46,548 nucleotides of DNA from an uncultured Clostridia bacterium. GTDB lineage: Bacteria > Bacillota > Clostridia > TANB77 > CAG-508. Under the pieces are notes generated by a model. The model was not told the DNA's origin. It ran no database searches and saw only the letters and a list, made by a program, of their open reading frames with translations. A program made the position numbers and the translations under genes. Each line of letters opens with the position of its first letter. The stretch's first letter is position 1. Shown here piece by piece: positions 1 through 9,184 of this stretch. The stretch spans positions 1 to 46,548 of the forward strand of contig CALXJZ010000003.1 of assembly GCA_944388745.1 (NCBI GenBank), given 5' to 3'.

Positions 1-915
1 AGTGTTTCTGAATTGATAAAATTAACACTTAAGAAAACAGGATATACAAAGGCTTTAGAAGCGGAAAATACAATTGAGGCAGAAAATAGAATTGCAAACT
101 TAGATGAGTTATTAACAGTTGCAATTGAATTTGAAGAAGAATTTGCAGAAAATTCATTATCAGAATTTTTAGAAGGAATAACATTATCAAGTGATTTAGA
201 CAATATGGAGGAACAAGAAGATTCTGTTACATTAATGACATTACATAGTGCAAAAGGATTGGAATTCCCAGTAGTATTTTTAGTTGGTATGGAAGAAGGA
301 ATTTTTCCAGGATACCAATCTATGATGGATCCTCAAGAATTAGAAGAGGAAAGAAGATTATGCTATGTTGGAATTACTAGAGCAAAAGAAAACTTATTTT
401 TAACATGTAGTAAACAAAGAACAGTATTTGGTTCAACAAGTTATAACCCAGTATCTAGATTTTTAAATGAAATACCAGAAGAATTATTAGAAGGTTATCA
501 AGAAGCATTTGGAGAGCCAGATAATAACAAAAATCAAATGTTTAAAGATTCTAATTATACTTGGACATATGGTAGTAGAGATAATAAAAATAATAATGAA
601 AATAGTGCAATTAAGATATATAAAATTAATGAAAAAGAACCTGTTATGGCAGCAAGTAATAAAAATAGTGGTTTTGCATTTAGGACAGCAGAAAGTTTCT
701 TAAATAGTTTAGGTAAAAAATCTACTATGAATACAAATAAACAAGTAGATTTATCAAAATATGAAGCAGGTGTTAGAGTTTTTCATAAGAAATTTGGAGA
801 AGGTACAATTAATATGGTAGAGCCTGAAGGTGAAGATTTAAAAGTTGATATTAATTTTGATAAGGCTGGTCATAAGAGATTAATGGCTAAATATGCAAAT
901 TTGGAAATTATATAA
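1..915 (+). CDS. pcrA: ATP-dependent DNA helicase PcrA/UvrD, 3' part (5'-truncated by window edge)
   Basis: SF1A helicase motifs VTLMTLHSAKGLEFPVVF and EEERRLCYVGITRAK, plus the C-terminal Tudor-like segment (GVRVFHKKFGEGTI). Confidence 0.95.
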   Translation, partial: SVSELIKLTLKKTGYTKALEAENTIEAENRIANLDELLTVAIEFEEEFAENSLSEFLEGITLSSDLDNMEEQEDSVTLMTLHSAKGLEFPVVFLVGMEEGIFPGYQSMMDPQELEEERRLCYVGITRAKENLFLTCSKQRTVFGSTSYNPVSRFLNEIPEELLEGYQEAFGEPDNNKNQMFKDSNYTWTYGSRDNKNNNENSAIKIYKINEKEPVMAASNKNSGFAFRTAESFLNSLGKKSTMNTNKQVDLSKYEAGVRVFHKKFGEGTINMVEPEGEDLKVDINFDKAGHKRLMAKYANLEII

Positions 916-951
916 AATGTCCTTTTGGGGACGTTTCTGTTTGAGACATTT
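915..951 (+). repeat. GGGAC-core hairpin element, copy 1 (at pcrA stop)
   Basis: aaatgtc(915-921)...ggggacgtttc...gacattt(945-951); a degenerate second unit (aaaatgtccaaagggg) follows at ~977-993. Confidence 0.5.
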
Positions 952-999
952 ATGGAACAAAATCTAGGTAATACAAAAAATGTCCAAAGGGGGAATATT

Positions 1000-1572
1000 G
1001 TGAAAAAGATTGTTTTTGTTATTATTTCGATATTCATTATCATGGTAAATTTCGTAATAATGCTTTTTTATGGGAGATATTATCACAAGATATTTTTAAT
1101 ACCGATAATAGTTTTAATAGTTGTATCAATTATATTAAGATTAAAAGAAAAGAAGAAAATAGCATATATTATTATGATAATAGCAATTATTATGATAGGA
1201 ATAATTACAAATTATAGTTTTATCTTAAAAAAAGAGGCAGAAGAAGAACGAAAAGAAAGATTTAATTCTGTTGGATTCATGACTGATTCTGAAATAAACG
1301 TATTTAACGAACAGTTTACACCATATGAAGGAAAAGAAGTAAGAGGCATAATTGTTCGTGCTTTAATTTCAAAAGTTGTTAGCAATAATTTGAGCAATAC
1401 CGACTATGAAGTTATGCAAGTTACTATATCTGGGGTAGTAACATTAAATAAAGAAGACACGCAACTGCCTGAACAATTTGATGAAATTAAAATGGATAAA
1501 ACATATAATGTGAACATCATTTATAATAAATATGGAAAAGTAGAATCCATCCATATAGAAGAAAATCCATAA
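1000..1572 (+). CDS. Hypothetical membrane protein (3 N-terminal TM helices plus a soluble C-terminal domain)
   Basis: ORF 925..1572; likely GTG start at 1000 after aaggggga. Hydrophobic N-half; C-domain FNEQFTPYEG..VRG..VRALI. Confidence 0.75.
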   Translation: MKKIVFVIISIFIIMVNFVIMLFYGRYYHKIFLIPIIVLIVVSIILRLKEKKKIAYIIMIIAIIMIGIITNYSFILKKEAEEERKERFNSVGFMTDSEINVFNEQFTPYEGKEVRGIIVRALISKVVSNNLSNTDYEVMQVTISGVVTLNKEDTQLPEQFDEIKMDKTYNVNIIYNKYGKVESIHIEENP

Positions 1573-1592
1573 TATAAGAAATTATGAGAAAG

Positions 1593-1647
1593 TGAAGTGA
1601 ACCCAAAATGTTAGACAAAAAGTTTAACAAAAAGGTTCATTTTTTTT
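1593..1647. mobile_element. Short palindromic element resembling joined IS3/IS150-group terminal repeats; may also act as a terminator
   Basis: tgaagtgaacccaaaatgttagacaaaaagtttaacaaaaaggttcatttttttt: tgaacc/ggttca and tgttagac/gtttaaca arms. The left end resembles IS150-group IRs (TGAACTGCACCCCAAAAGTTAGACA, recalled from memory). Confidence 0.4.
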
Positions 1648-1709
1648 GAATAAAATTGATAAAAATGGAAATAATGAAAAAAGAAATCAAAAAGAAAGGA
1701 ATGATTTAA

Positions 1710-1898
1710 ATGGCAGATTTAACACAAGCAGAATTACAACATCTAAGACATTTAATAGGTGCACATGAGACAGCATATCAAAAATTAAACACATATTCAG
1801 CACAAGCTGTGGACCCACAAATAAAGCAAATTTTTGCAAAGTCAGCACAAGATGCTTTAAACACAAAACAAAAATTAATGACATTTTTAAATAATTAA
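1710..1898 (+). CDS. Small helical protein, probably spore-coat associated (partner of the downstream Coat F protein)
   Basis: 62 aa; RBS gaaagaaggaa; DPQIKQIF motif typical of small ferritin-like coat proteins; adjacent to a Coat F gene. Confidence 0.7.
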   Translation: MADLTQAELQHLRHLIGAHETAYQKLNTYSAQAVDPQIKQIFAKSAQDALNTKQKLMTFLNN

Positions 1899-1917
1899 GA
1901 AGGGAGAGAAAAGTATA

Positions 1918-2163
1918 ATGGATGAAAAAACAATGGTAAATGATATTTTAAGTAGTGTAAAATCAGATTTAACAGCATATCAAACAGCTATATCAGAATC
2001 TGAAAATATGAATTTAAGACAAACATTTCAACAAATTAGAAATAATGATGAAAGTTTTCAATATGAGTTATTTAAAATTGCTCAGACAAAAGGTTATTAT
2101 AAACCTGCACAAAAAGCAACAGTAACAGAAATTAATCAAGTAAAAACAGATTTACAACAATAA
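1918..2163 (+). CDS. Spore coat protein, Coat F domain
   Basis: 81 aa; D.L...K.....Y..AI.E..N.NLRQTF......E..QYELF......GYY.P pattern of Coat_F proteins. Confidence 0.8.
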   Translation: MDEKTMVNDILSSVKSDLTAYQTAISESENMNLRQTFQQIRNNDESFQYELFKIAQTKGYYKPAQKATVTEINQVKTDLQQ

Positions 2164-2167
2164 GGTT

Positions 2168-2211
2168 AAAAAAGTATATTCACATTCTTATATAGAACGA
2201 ATATACTTTTT
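2168..2211. terminator. Bidirectional intrinsic terminator between convergent coat and rpn genes
   Basis: aaaaaagtatattc ... gaatatacttttt inverted repeat with A/T tails. Confidence 0.7.
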
Positions 2212-2216
2212 AAAAA

Positions 2217-2441
2217 TTATTTAATAAATTGTTCTTTTTTTAGTCCAGTTATTTTTAAAATGATATTTATATCTATTTTTTCTGATAGCATTTTTTTTGC
2301 GACATCAATTAAACTTTCTTGTCTGCCTTCACGTCTGCCTTTTTGTATACCTTTTTGCATACCTTCTTGTAAACCTTCTTCTATTGCTTTTTTTCTCATT
2401 TCTTCTGCTTCTTTTCTTAATACTTCATGAATATGTGACAT
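2217..2441 (-). CDS. Putative in-frame internal small protein (RpnS-like, 74 aa)
   Basis: aaaggaggaaatgaggttATG: strong SD before Met274, in frame with the Rpn ORF. Confidence 0.55.
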   Translation of the reverse strand: MSHIHEVLRKEAEEMRKKAIEEGLQEGMQKGIQKGRREGRQESLIDVAKKMLSEKIDINIILKITGLKKEQFIK

Positions 2442-3260
2442 AACCTCATTTCCTCCTTTTTCTTTTAATATTATTTCTTTTATTTTTTCTAGCTCTTCTT
2501 TTTTTAATCTATTTTCCCAAATATATCCTACTTCTCTTGCAAATTCTTTTCTCTCTTTTTCATTTGTTAGAGTTTTGGAAAACTTTTCTACAGTATTTAA
2601 TAGCTCTTCAGATGAATTTAATCGATCAATTACAGATATTCTTGCTATTGCTGTTCCTCTTTCTATTGCTTCTTCTACACTTCGTATATCAACTAAATTA
2701 TATCTAATGATTGAACTACTACCTTTGCGATGTTTAAATACTTCTTGAGATTCTTCTAGTCCTTTTTTTGCTGTCCATTTCGATGTTCCTGCATAAATTA
2801 CTATTGGTATAATAGTTGGTTGTCGCTTTTTATTTTTTTCGTCTTTTAAATTTTTCCTTGAATCCATGATTGCTAGGCTATAATCTGCCATTCGAAATGG
2901 CATATTTTCATCTACTTTTGTTTGATGTTCAATTAGAAAGAAAACTTCTTTACCTTTTAATTTGTATACAATATCTGCTATTCTTTCTTCAAATTTATTT
3001 GTTATATAATGTGTTTCATATTTTTCTAAATTTTCTGACCTAATTTTTTCTTCAGGATCTAATTCCTGATTTATTAATTTAGCTACTTCTTCTTTATTAT
3101 TTAATATTTGTCTAAATAGTTTATCATGTTTATGATGTTTATACTGCTTTTTTACATTATCTAGTATGTAATCTTCACTTACATCATTTAAAACGTATGT
3201 TATATTTTGATTTACAAAAATTACTAAATCTAAATAATCTTTCATTGTATAATATTCCAA
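2217..3260 (-). CDS. Rpn/YhgA family recombination-promoting nuclease / putative transposase (PD-(D/E)XK)
   Basis: HDKLFR, ADIVY, LIEHQT, MPFRM..Y, PIVIYAG..KW motifs; EG/KG repeats and a KITGL C-terminus. Confidence 0.9.
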   Translation of the reverse strand: MEYYTMKDYLDLVIFVNQNITYVLNDVSEDYILDNVKKQYKHHKHDKLFRQILNNKEEVAKLINQELDPEEKIRSENLEKYETHYITNKFEERIADIVYKLKGKEVFFLIEHQTKVDENMPFRMADYSLAIMDSRKNLKDEKNKKRQPTIIPIVIYAGTSKWTAKKGLEESQEVFKHRKGSSSIIRYNLVDIRSVEEAIERGTAIARISVIDRLNSSEELLNTVEKFSKTLTNEKERKEFAREVGYIWENRLKKEELEKIKEIILKEKGGNEVMSHIHEVLRKEAEEMRKKAIEEGLQEGMQKGIQKGRREGRQESLIDVAKKMLSEKIDINIILKITGLKKEQFIK

Positions 3261-3542
3261 TATTTATACATCCTTTATTGTAATTCATTCGCACTATAAA
3301 ATCAAAGTTTATTTAATAGTAAAAATACTGTTTTTATTAATATAATCTATGTAATTCTTTTTTTTTCACCTCTTTTCATTATTTTTCTTTGTTTTTAATT
3401 TTTTGGAAATTATAGATTTAAATATTTAGCAAAAAATTTAGTTTTAGAAAGAAATTTGAAAAAATTATATCCAAATATTATCATATTTTGTTATGATATG
3501 CAATAATATTTGTAAAAAATTATGTAACTTTTCGTCGCATTT

Positions 3543-3549
3543 TTCGACA
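3543..3549 (-). promoter_or_regulatory. Spo0A box (TGTCGAA) in the rpn / M23 divergent region
   Basis: ttcgaca on + strand is a perfect 0A box; degenerate ttcgtcg just upstream. Confidence 0.4.
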
Positions 3550-3635
3550 AAATATTGTTTGATAATATTAGAGGCTTCAATAAAAACAAAGACGAACATC
3601 AAATAGTAATGCTGATAATTTTGAAACGAATAAAA

Positions 3636-3680
3636 GAAAAAAAGAGATAAAACGAAAAAAAAAGAGATAAACGAAAAAAA
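3636..3680. repeat. Short A-rich tandem duplication (aaaaaaagagataaa(a)cg x2)
   Basis: Direct repeat visible upstream of the M23 gene. Confidence 0.55.
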
Positions 3681-3733
3681 ACAAAAAAAACTTAGGGAAA
3701 ATAAGGATGCATTATCTTTGCAAAAAAATAAAT

Positions 3734-3750
3734 GTTACAATATTATTACA
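3734..3750 (-). promoter_or_regulatory. Putative WalR box upstream of the M23 peptidase
   Basis: Minus strand TGTAAT-aatat-TGTAAC matches TGTWAH-N5-TGTWAH; the downstream gene is a wall hydrolase. AT-rich background weakens the match. Confidence 0.45.
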
Positions 3751-3802
3751 ATAATCGGCATGTAGTTTAAAGAACTAAATTACAAAGGAGAGATTGAATA
3801 TC

Positions 3803-4828
3803 ATGTTCAAAAAGATTTTGGTACACACAAGAAAGGGTATTAAATTCATAATATTATTTATGATAGCGGCTTTTTTAATTGTAGGAGCTATTACTTTTTT
3901 GTATAAGCCAACATATAGTGTATTTATAAATGGAGAGCAGGTTGGATATACAGAAAACCGTTCAGAATTACAGCACAAAATAAATGATTATGTTGAAAAA
4001 GGCGATGGAACAAATGAAAATGTGGCATTTGTGCAAGTAAATAATATGCCAGAATATAAATTGTGTTTATTAAAAAAGAATATTGTAGCAAATGATGATG
4101 AAATATTTGAAAATATAAAATCACAAGGAGTTACATATTATAGATATTATGCTATATTAGATAATCAAGAAGAAAAACTTTATGTTTCTAATTTTGAAGA
4201 TGCAGAAAATGTAGTAAATTCATTAAAAGAAAAAGATAGTGCAAATGTTGAAACTATTTCTATTGTAGAAAAATATGAAACAGAATTAAAAGATTTAGTT
4301 TCTTCTGAAGAAGCCATTTCAAAATTATATGTAGAAAAACCACAGGTTGTTAAAGTAGCTACAACATCTTCAGGAAGGTCAAGTAGTGTTTATCAAGCAA
4401 CAGGAACAGTAAATACAAAAACGACTACTTCAAGTGGAAAAGTTAGTTTAGGAATATCACTAATTAAGCCAGTATCTGGAACAATATCATCTAGATTTGG
4501 TTCACGAAGTAGTGTTAGAAGTTCAGCTCATACAGGTTTAGATATAGCTGCACCATCAGGAACAGCAGTTAAAGCTGCTGCATCAGGTACAGTGACGTTT
4601 TCAGGATATAAAGGTTCATATGGAAATTTAATAGTAATTAGTCATGGAAATGGTGTACAAACATATTATGGACATTGTAGTAAATTATATGTTGCAGCTG
4701 GTACACAAGTATCACAAGGTCAAACAATTGCAGCAGTTGGTTCTACTGGAAATTCAACTGGACCACATTTACATTTAGAAATACGTGTTAATGGGATTGC
4801 GTATAATCCACAAAACTACTTATATTAA
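3803..4828 (+). CDS. Membrane-anchored M23 family metallopeptidase (peptidoglycan hydrolase)
   Basis: N-terminal TM; HTGLDIAA, TYYGHCS and STGPHLHLE zinc-binding motifs. Start is 3794 (TTG) or 3803 (ATG). Confidence 0.92.
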   Translation: MFKKILVHTRKGIKFIILFMIAAFLIVGAITFLYKPTYSVFINGEQVGYTENRSELQHKINDYVEKGDGTNENVAFVQVNNMPEYKLCLLKKNIVANDDEIFENIKSQGVTYYRYYAILDNQEEKLYVSNFEDAENVVNSLKEKDSANVETISIVEKYETELKDLVSSEEAISKLYVEKPQVVKVATTSSGRSSSVYQATGTVNTKTTTSSGKVSLGISLIKPVSGTISSRFGSRSSVRSSAHTGLDIAAPSGTAVKAAASGTVTFSGYKGSYGNLIVISHGNGVQTYYGHCSKLYVAAGTQVSQGQTIAAVGSTGNSTGPHLHLEIRVNGIAYNPQNYLY

Positions 4829-4865
4829 TTCGTTGAAAAATAATTAAAATTTTATCTACGCTATA

Positions 4866-5516
4866 TTAAACAAGGTATTGAATACCTTTTGATATAGCGT
4901 TATTTTTAATATAAATTGTTGCATGTTCAGTCAATTTGTATTCAAAATTAGTTGAAAAATTTTGAAATTTTGCAAATTCAGATAATATGTTAAAAATCTT
5001 ATTTATGTATTTATCTTTAAAATTAATATCTTTAAAAATCAAGAAAAACTTATTTTGGTAATTATAAAGAACAATCTTTTTTGCTAATTTGTCAATATTC
5101 AAATTTTCAATTTTAGATATACTGTTACAAAAATCGCAAAAATAATCAAAATTATCAAGCTCATAAACAGCATTTTTTAAAGAAGGTGTATTAGTTTTTC
5201 TTTTTACAATTAATTTTCTTTTAGAACTGTTATTTAAAACATCGCCTGTATTAATAGAATTACTTTCAGTAGAAGAGTATTTTGTAATTGTAAAAGCTAC
5301 AACATCTTCTAAGGTAGAAAATGCTTCTATCAATAATTTACAACCTTCTGTGTGAAAGTCAACTTCTTTTTCAGCTTTTTGAAGAATATCTAAAAAAAGA
5401 TTTTGTGAATTCATAATATTGTCAAAAAATGTATGTATATCATTTGTGTTTTTTTCTATGTCTTGTATATTCATAATAATTCTGATTTTATTTTCTGTTA
5501 ATTTTTCAATTTTCAT
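4866..5516 (-). CDS. mecA: ClpC adaptor protein MecA
   Basis: MKIEKLTENKIRI N-terminus; LY.Y..KFFL and LSEF...L.EH...I..NAI C-domain; RBS aggagg. Confidence 0.85.
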   Translation of the reverse strand: MKIEKLTENKIRIIMNIQDIEKNTNDIHTFFDNIMNSQNLFLDILQKAEKEVDFHTEGCKLLIEAFSTLEDVVAFTITKYSSTESNSINTGDVLNNSSKRKLIVKRKTNTPSLKNAVYELDNFDYFCDFCNSISKIENLNIDKLAKKIVLYNYQNKFFLIFKDINFKDKYINKIFNILSEFAKFQNFSTNFEYKLTEHATIYIKNNAISKGIQYLV

Positions 5517-5596
5517 ATAGTAGGCCTCCTAATATCTATAATTATATTATACTACTAATATCATTATATGAAAAGGAGTAAATTTTGGTAAAAACT

Positions 5597-5628
5597 ATAA
5601 AGACATGAAAAAATTTTTATGTCTTTAT
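5597..5628. other. Palindrome in the divergent mecA / DUF2207 region (operator or orphan terminator)
   Basis: ataaagacat-g-aaaaaattttt-atgtctttat. Confidence 0.45.
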
Positions 5629-5668
5629 CCTGTGTTTCTTAACAGAACTTTAAAAAACTATATTTTTA

Positions 5669-5697
5669 TTGACTTTACCATAGTTTATTGTTAAAAT
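5669..5697 (+). promoter_or_regulatory. SigA-type promoter
   Basis: TTGACT-17-TAAAAT with TG extension. Confidence 0.6.
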
Positions 5698-5821
5698 TGA
5701 AATGTAAAAAATATTATGATAATAAATTTAAGAATGCTTTTTCTACAAAACAATTTATTATTTTCTTCATGGAAATTGTAAAGAATAATAAAGTATAAAA
5801 ATATAACAAAATGAGGAGTAA

Positions 5822-6745
5822 TTGATAATTATGCTAATACTATATCCAATCATTATTCCTATAATTATGTGTCTGATTCTAGGAATAATTGCATTTATTT
5901 ATAAAAATATAAGAAATGAAAAATATTTACGAGAAACATATAGTGATATTGATTTTTTAAGTAGAGAAATTTCTACACAAATGCCACCATCTATTGTTGG
6001 ATATCTTTTCGAACAAAAAGTAAAATATAAACACTTAGTTGCTGATATTATGGATTTATATGCTATGAAGGTCATTAACATAAAGAAACAAGGAAATAAC
6101 ACTTTGACAATAGAATCTATTGAAAATGAAAATGCAAAAAAAATAACAAGCGAAAGTCAACAATATATATTAAATACACTAGTTAATAAAGATGACAACT
6201 GTCTATTTGATTATACAGAGTGGAAAAAATTAGTAATAAAAGAATATAAAGAAAATAACTGGACAAAAAAAATTGAAACAATGAATGCAATAATAATAAC
6301 AATAATTGTTTTAGCGTTTTCAATTATTGGAGGAATAATAGGATGGAATAGTGAAGGTGGTGAAAATGCAGGATTAGCTAGTGTAGGGGTATTAGCAGGG
6401 TTTGTCATTTCAGTATTTGAAATTTGTTTCTATATAGCATTTATAGAAATTCAAAAAGAAAATGGAATATTTCTAAATAAAGAAGGAAAAGAAGAATTAA
6501 AAAAGTGGATAAAACTAAAAAATTTTATGGAAAATTATACTTTATTAAAAGATAGAGATATAGAAGAAATTGTAATATATGAAAGATATATTCCATATGC
6601 GATATCATTAGGAGTTAATGTAAAATATAAAAATACTATGTTTGATATTTTTGAGGAAGAAGAATTTAAAAGTATAATAAAAGATAAAAGTATAAAAAAT
6701 ATTTTTGAGAGATATGGTATTGGTCAAGAAGAACATTTTTGGTAA
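5822..6745 (+). CDS. DUF2207-like predicted membrane protein (C-terminal half only)
   Basis: PPSIVGYL, IMDL, G.EE..KW..LKNF, YERYIPYAISLGV motifs; three TM segments. Confidence 0.8.
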   Translation: MIIMLILYPIIIPIIMCLILGIIAFIYKNIRNEKYLRETYSDIDFLSREISTQMPPSIVGYLFEQKVKYKHLVADIMDLYAMKVINIKKQGNNTLTIESIENENAKKITSESQQYILNTLVNKDDNCLFDYTEWKKLVIKEYKENNWTKKIETMNAIIITIIVLAFSIIGGIIGWNSEGGENAGLASVGVLAGFVISVFEICFYIAFIEIQKENGIFLNKEGKEELKKWIKLKNFMENYTLLKDRDIEEIVIYERYIPYAISLGVNVKYKNTMFDIFEEEEFKSIIKDKSIKNIFERYGIGQEEHFW

Positions 6746-6880
6746 TCTTCATAATTGTTTCTTCTTTTTTTATATTTTTTGCAATTTTTCTTATTCATAG
6801 TTGTACTGTTTATTATATCTGAAATTTTTTTATGCCTTTATCATGTTTGGTAAATTTAATATGAATTTATTGTAATATAC

Positions 6881-6909
6881 TTGAAAAATTTGCTAATTCA
6901 ATATATAAT
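6881..6909 (+). promoter_or_regulatory. SigA-type promoter of the DUF4321-radC-mre operon
   Basis: TTGAAA-17-TATAAT. Confidence 0.6.
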
Positions 6910-6997
6910 AGCAAAGAGTTAAAAAAGAAATATCCGTAGCAAAAGATTGAAAAATAATTACAATTTTGGATTGTGAGTTAAGGAAGGAATGATTAAT

Positions 6998-7255
6998 ATG
7001 GCAACTAAAGAAAAAAATGTATGGATTTTATTAATATTTATTTTATCAGGACTAGTAGTTGGGGGACTACTGGGACAATTAGCATCAAATGTAAGCTGGT
7101 TATCATGGCTATCATATAGCCAAAGTTTTGGATTAGAAAATCCGGTAGTTTTAGATTTAAGTGTTGTAGAATTAACATTTGCACTTATGTTTAGAATTAA
7201 TATAGCTAGCATTATAGGTATGATACTTGCAATATTTATTTATAAAAAAATCTAA
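6998..7255 (+). CDS. DUF4321 family small membrane protein
   Basis: G.VVGG.LG, LDL.V..LTF....INIASIIG; usual position upstream of radC. Confidence 0.85.
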   Translation: MATKEKNVWILLIFILSGLVVGGLLGQLASNVSWLSWLSYSQSFGLENPVVLDLSVVELTFALMFRINIASIIGMILAIFIYKKI

Positions 7256-7299
7256 TAAAAAGTAGGGGCAATTAAAAACGAGGAAGGAATGACTATAAT

Positions 7300-8055
7300 T
7301 TGTCAATAACAATAAAACAATTGCCAGAAACAGAAAGACCATATGAGAAATTAGAATTATATGGAGAATCAACATTATCAAATGCTGAATTATTAGCGAT
7401 AATTATAAAAACAGGAACAAAAGAAGAGACATCAGTGCAACTTGCACAAAAAATATTGAATTTGAATGATACTAAACAAGAAGGACTTAACTTTTTGAAG
7501 AATATAACTATTGAAGAATTAACTCAAATAAAAGGCATAGGAAAAATAAAGGCAATACAATTAAAGGCAATAGGCGAACTTGCAATAAGAATGTCAAAGC
7601 CAGTAAATTATAAAAGAGTTATTGTAAGAGAGCCAAAAGATATTGTAAATGTCATAATGGAAGAATTAAGATTTCAAAAAAGAGAAGTTGCAAAAATTGT
7701 TATACTAAATGAGAAAAATGAAATACTGAAAATTAAAGATTTGTCATTTGGAGGGACAAGCTATGTTAATATTTCAATAAAAGAAATATTAGTTGAACCA
7801 ATAAAGATGAAAGCATCTAAAATTATATTGGTACACAATCATCCAACAGGGGATTCTACACCAAGTGATACAGATGTGAAATTCACATATAATCTTTATG
7901 ATTTAGGACAAATTTTAGGAATACAACTATTAGACCATATAGTAATAGGAGTAGATACTTATACAAGTATTTTTTCACAAATAGTGGAAAGTATGCCTGA
8001 TACAAATGAAAAGGAAAACATGACAGAAAGTAAAAAAAGAAAGGATAAGCGATAA
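7300..8055 (+). CDS. radC: RadC family JAB-domain protein
   Basis: ERPYEKL..YG..TLSNAELLAII, KGIGKIKA HhH, HNHPTGD.TPS..D, LLDHIVIG. Confidence 0.95.
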   Translation: MSITIKQLPETERPYEKLELYGESTLSNAELLAIIIKTGTKEETSVQLAQKILNLNDTKQEGLNFLKNITIEELTQIKGIGKIKAIQLKAIGELAIRMSKPVNYKRVIVREPKDIVNVIMEELRFQKREVAKIVILNEKNEILKIKDLSFGGTSYVNISIKEILVEPIKMKASKIILVHNHPTGDSTPSDTDVKFTYNLYDLGQILGIQLLDHIVIGVDTYTSIFSQIVESMPDTNEKENMTESKKRKDKR

Positions 8056-8057
8056 TT

Positions 8058-9089
8058 ATGAAACTTTTTACATTTGGATCAAAAGATATAGGAATTGATT
8101 TAGGAACAGCAAATATCTTAGTTACAGTTAAAGGAAAAGGAATAGTTTTAAAAGAGCCTTCAGTTGTAGCAATAGATAGAAAAACTGGAAATATATTAGC
8201 AACAGGAAATGAAGCAAAAGAAATGTTGGGAAGAACGCCAGAACAAATAAAAGCAGTAAGACCATTGAAAGATGGAGTTATTGCAGATTTTACTGCTACA
8301 CAATTAATGCTTAAAAACCTAATAGAAAAAGTAGGAAAAAGATACAATGTTGGAAAACCTAGAGTTGTAGTAGGTGTACCTTCAGGAATTACAGAAGTTG
8401 AGGAAAGAGCAGTAGAAGAATCAGTAATTCAAGCAGGAGCAAAAGAAGTATATTTAATAGAAGAACCAATGGCAGCTGCTATTGGAGCATCATTAGATGT
8501 TGGAGAACCAAGTGGAAGCATTATTGTTGATATTGGTGGAGGAACAACAGAGGTAGCGGTTATTTCTTTAGGAGGAATAGTTGTAAGCCATTCTTTACGT
8601 GTTGCTGGTGACGAATTAGATGAAGATATAGTTAACTTTGTTAAAAAGGAAGAAAATTTAGCAATTGGAGAAACAACAGCTGAACAAATAAAAATGCAAA
8701 TAGGTTGTGCGATGCCACTTATGACAGAAATGTCAATGGAAGTAAGAGGAAGAGATTTAGCAGACGGATTACCTAGAACAGTTACAGTTACATCTACACA
8801 AATAGAAGAAGCAATGAAAGAATCTATCGGAAAAATTGTAGAAATAGTTAAATTAACATTAGAAAAAACACCACCTGAACTTGCATCAGATATTATGGAA
8901 AAAGGAATTGTGCTAGCTGGTGGGGGAGCATTAATAAAAAATCTAGATAAATTATTGAGTTTAGAAACAGGGATGCCAGTATATGTCGCAGAAGAACCAT
9001 TAGATTGTGTGGTTAGAGGAACAGGAAAAACTTTAGAGGATTTAGAAAGATTAAAAACTGTTTTAATTAATGCAAGAAAAAGAAAATAA
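8058..9089 (+). CDS. mreB: Rod shape-determining protein MreB
   Basis: IGIDLGTAN, RPLKDGVIADF, IEEPMAAAIGA, VDIGGGTTEVAVISLGG. Confidence 0.98.
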   Translation: MKLFTFGSKDIGIDLGTANILVTVKGKGIVLKEPSVVAIDRKTGNILATGNEAKEMLGRTPEQIKAVRPLKDGVIADFTATQLMLKNLIEKVGKRYNVGKPRVVVGVPSGITEVEERAVEESVIQAGAKEVYLIEEPMAAAIGASLDVGEPSGSIIVDIGGGTTEVAVISLGGIVVSHSLRVAGDELDEDIVNFVKKEENLAIGETTAEQIKMQIGCAMPLMTEMSMEVRGRDLADGLPRTVTVTSTQIEEAMKESIGKIVEIVKLTLEKTPPELASDIMEKGIVLAGGGALIKNLDKLLSLETGMPVYVAEEPLDCVVRGTGKTLEDLERLKTVLINARKRK

Positions 9090-9184
9090 ACAAAAAAGCT
9101 AAACTATTATAATAAATAATGTTTTGCACCTTGTTGTCGCAACCTTTGATTGTAAAAGAAAAATGAAAGATTGAGAGGTAAAAA

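Noticed and set aside
2217-3260. Active insertion sequence around the 'putative transposase'
   Set aside because: No terminal inverted repeats or target duplication seen; Rpn-family genes are not established IS transposases.
6930-6940. TCCGTA recurring in intergenic DNA (~6933, 10033, 23916, 44709)
   Set aside because: Only 6 nt with no conserved flanks or spacing; cannot be told from chance by eye.
9122-9157. Small hairpin in the mreB-mreC spacer (gttg-tcg-caac) as a fourth rod element
   Set aside because: Stems are too short and weak to support family membership.
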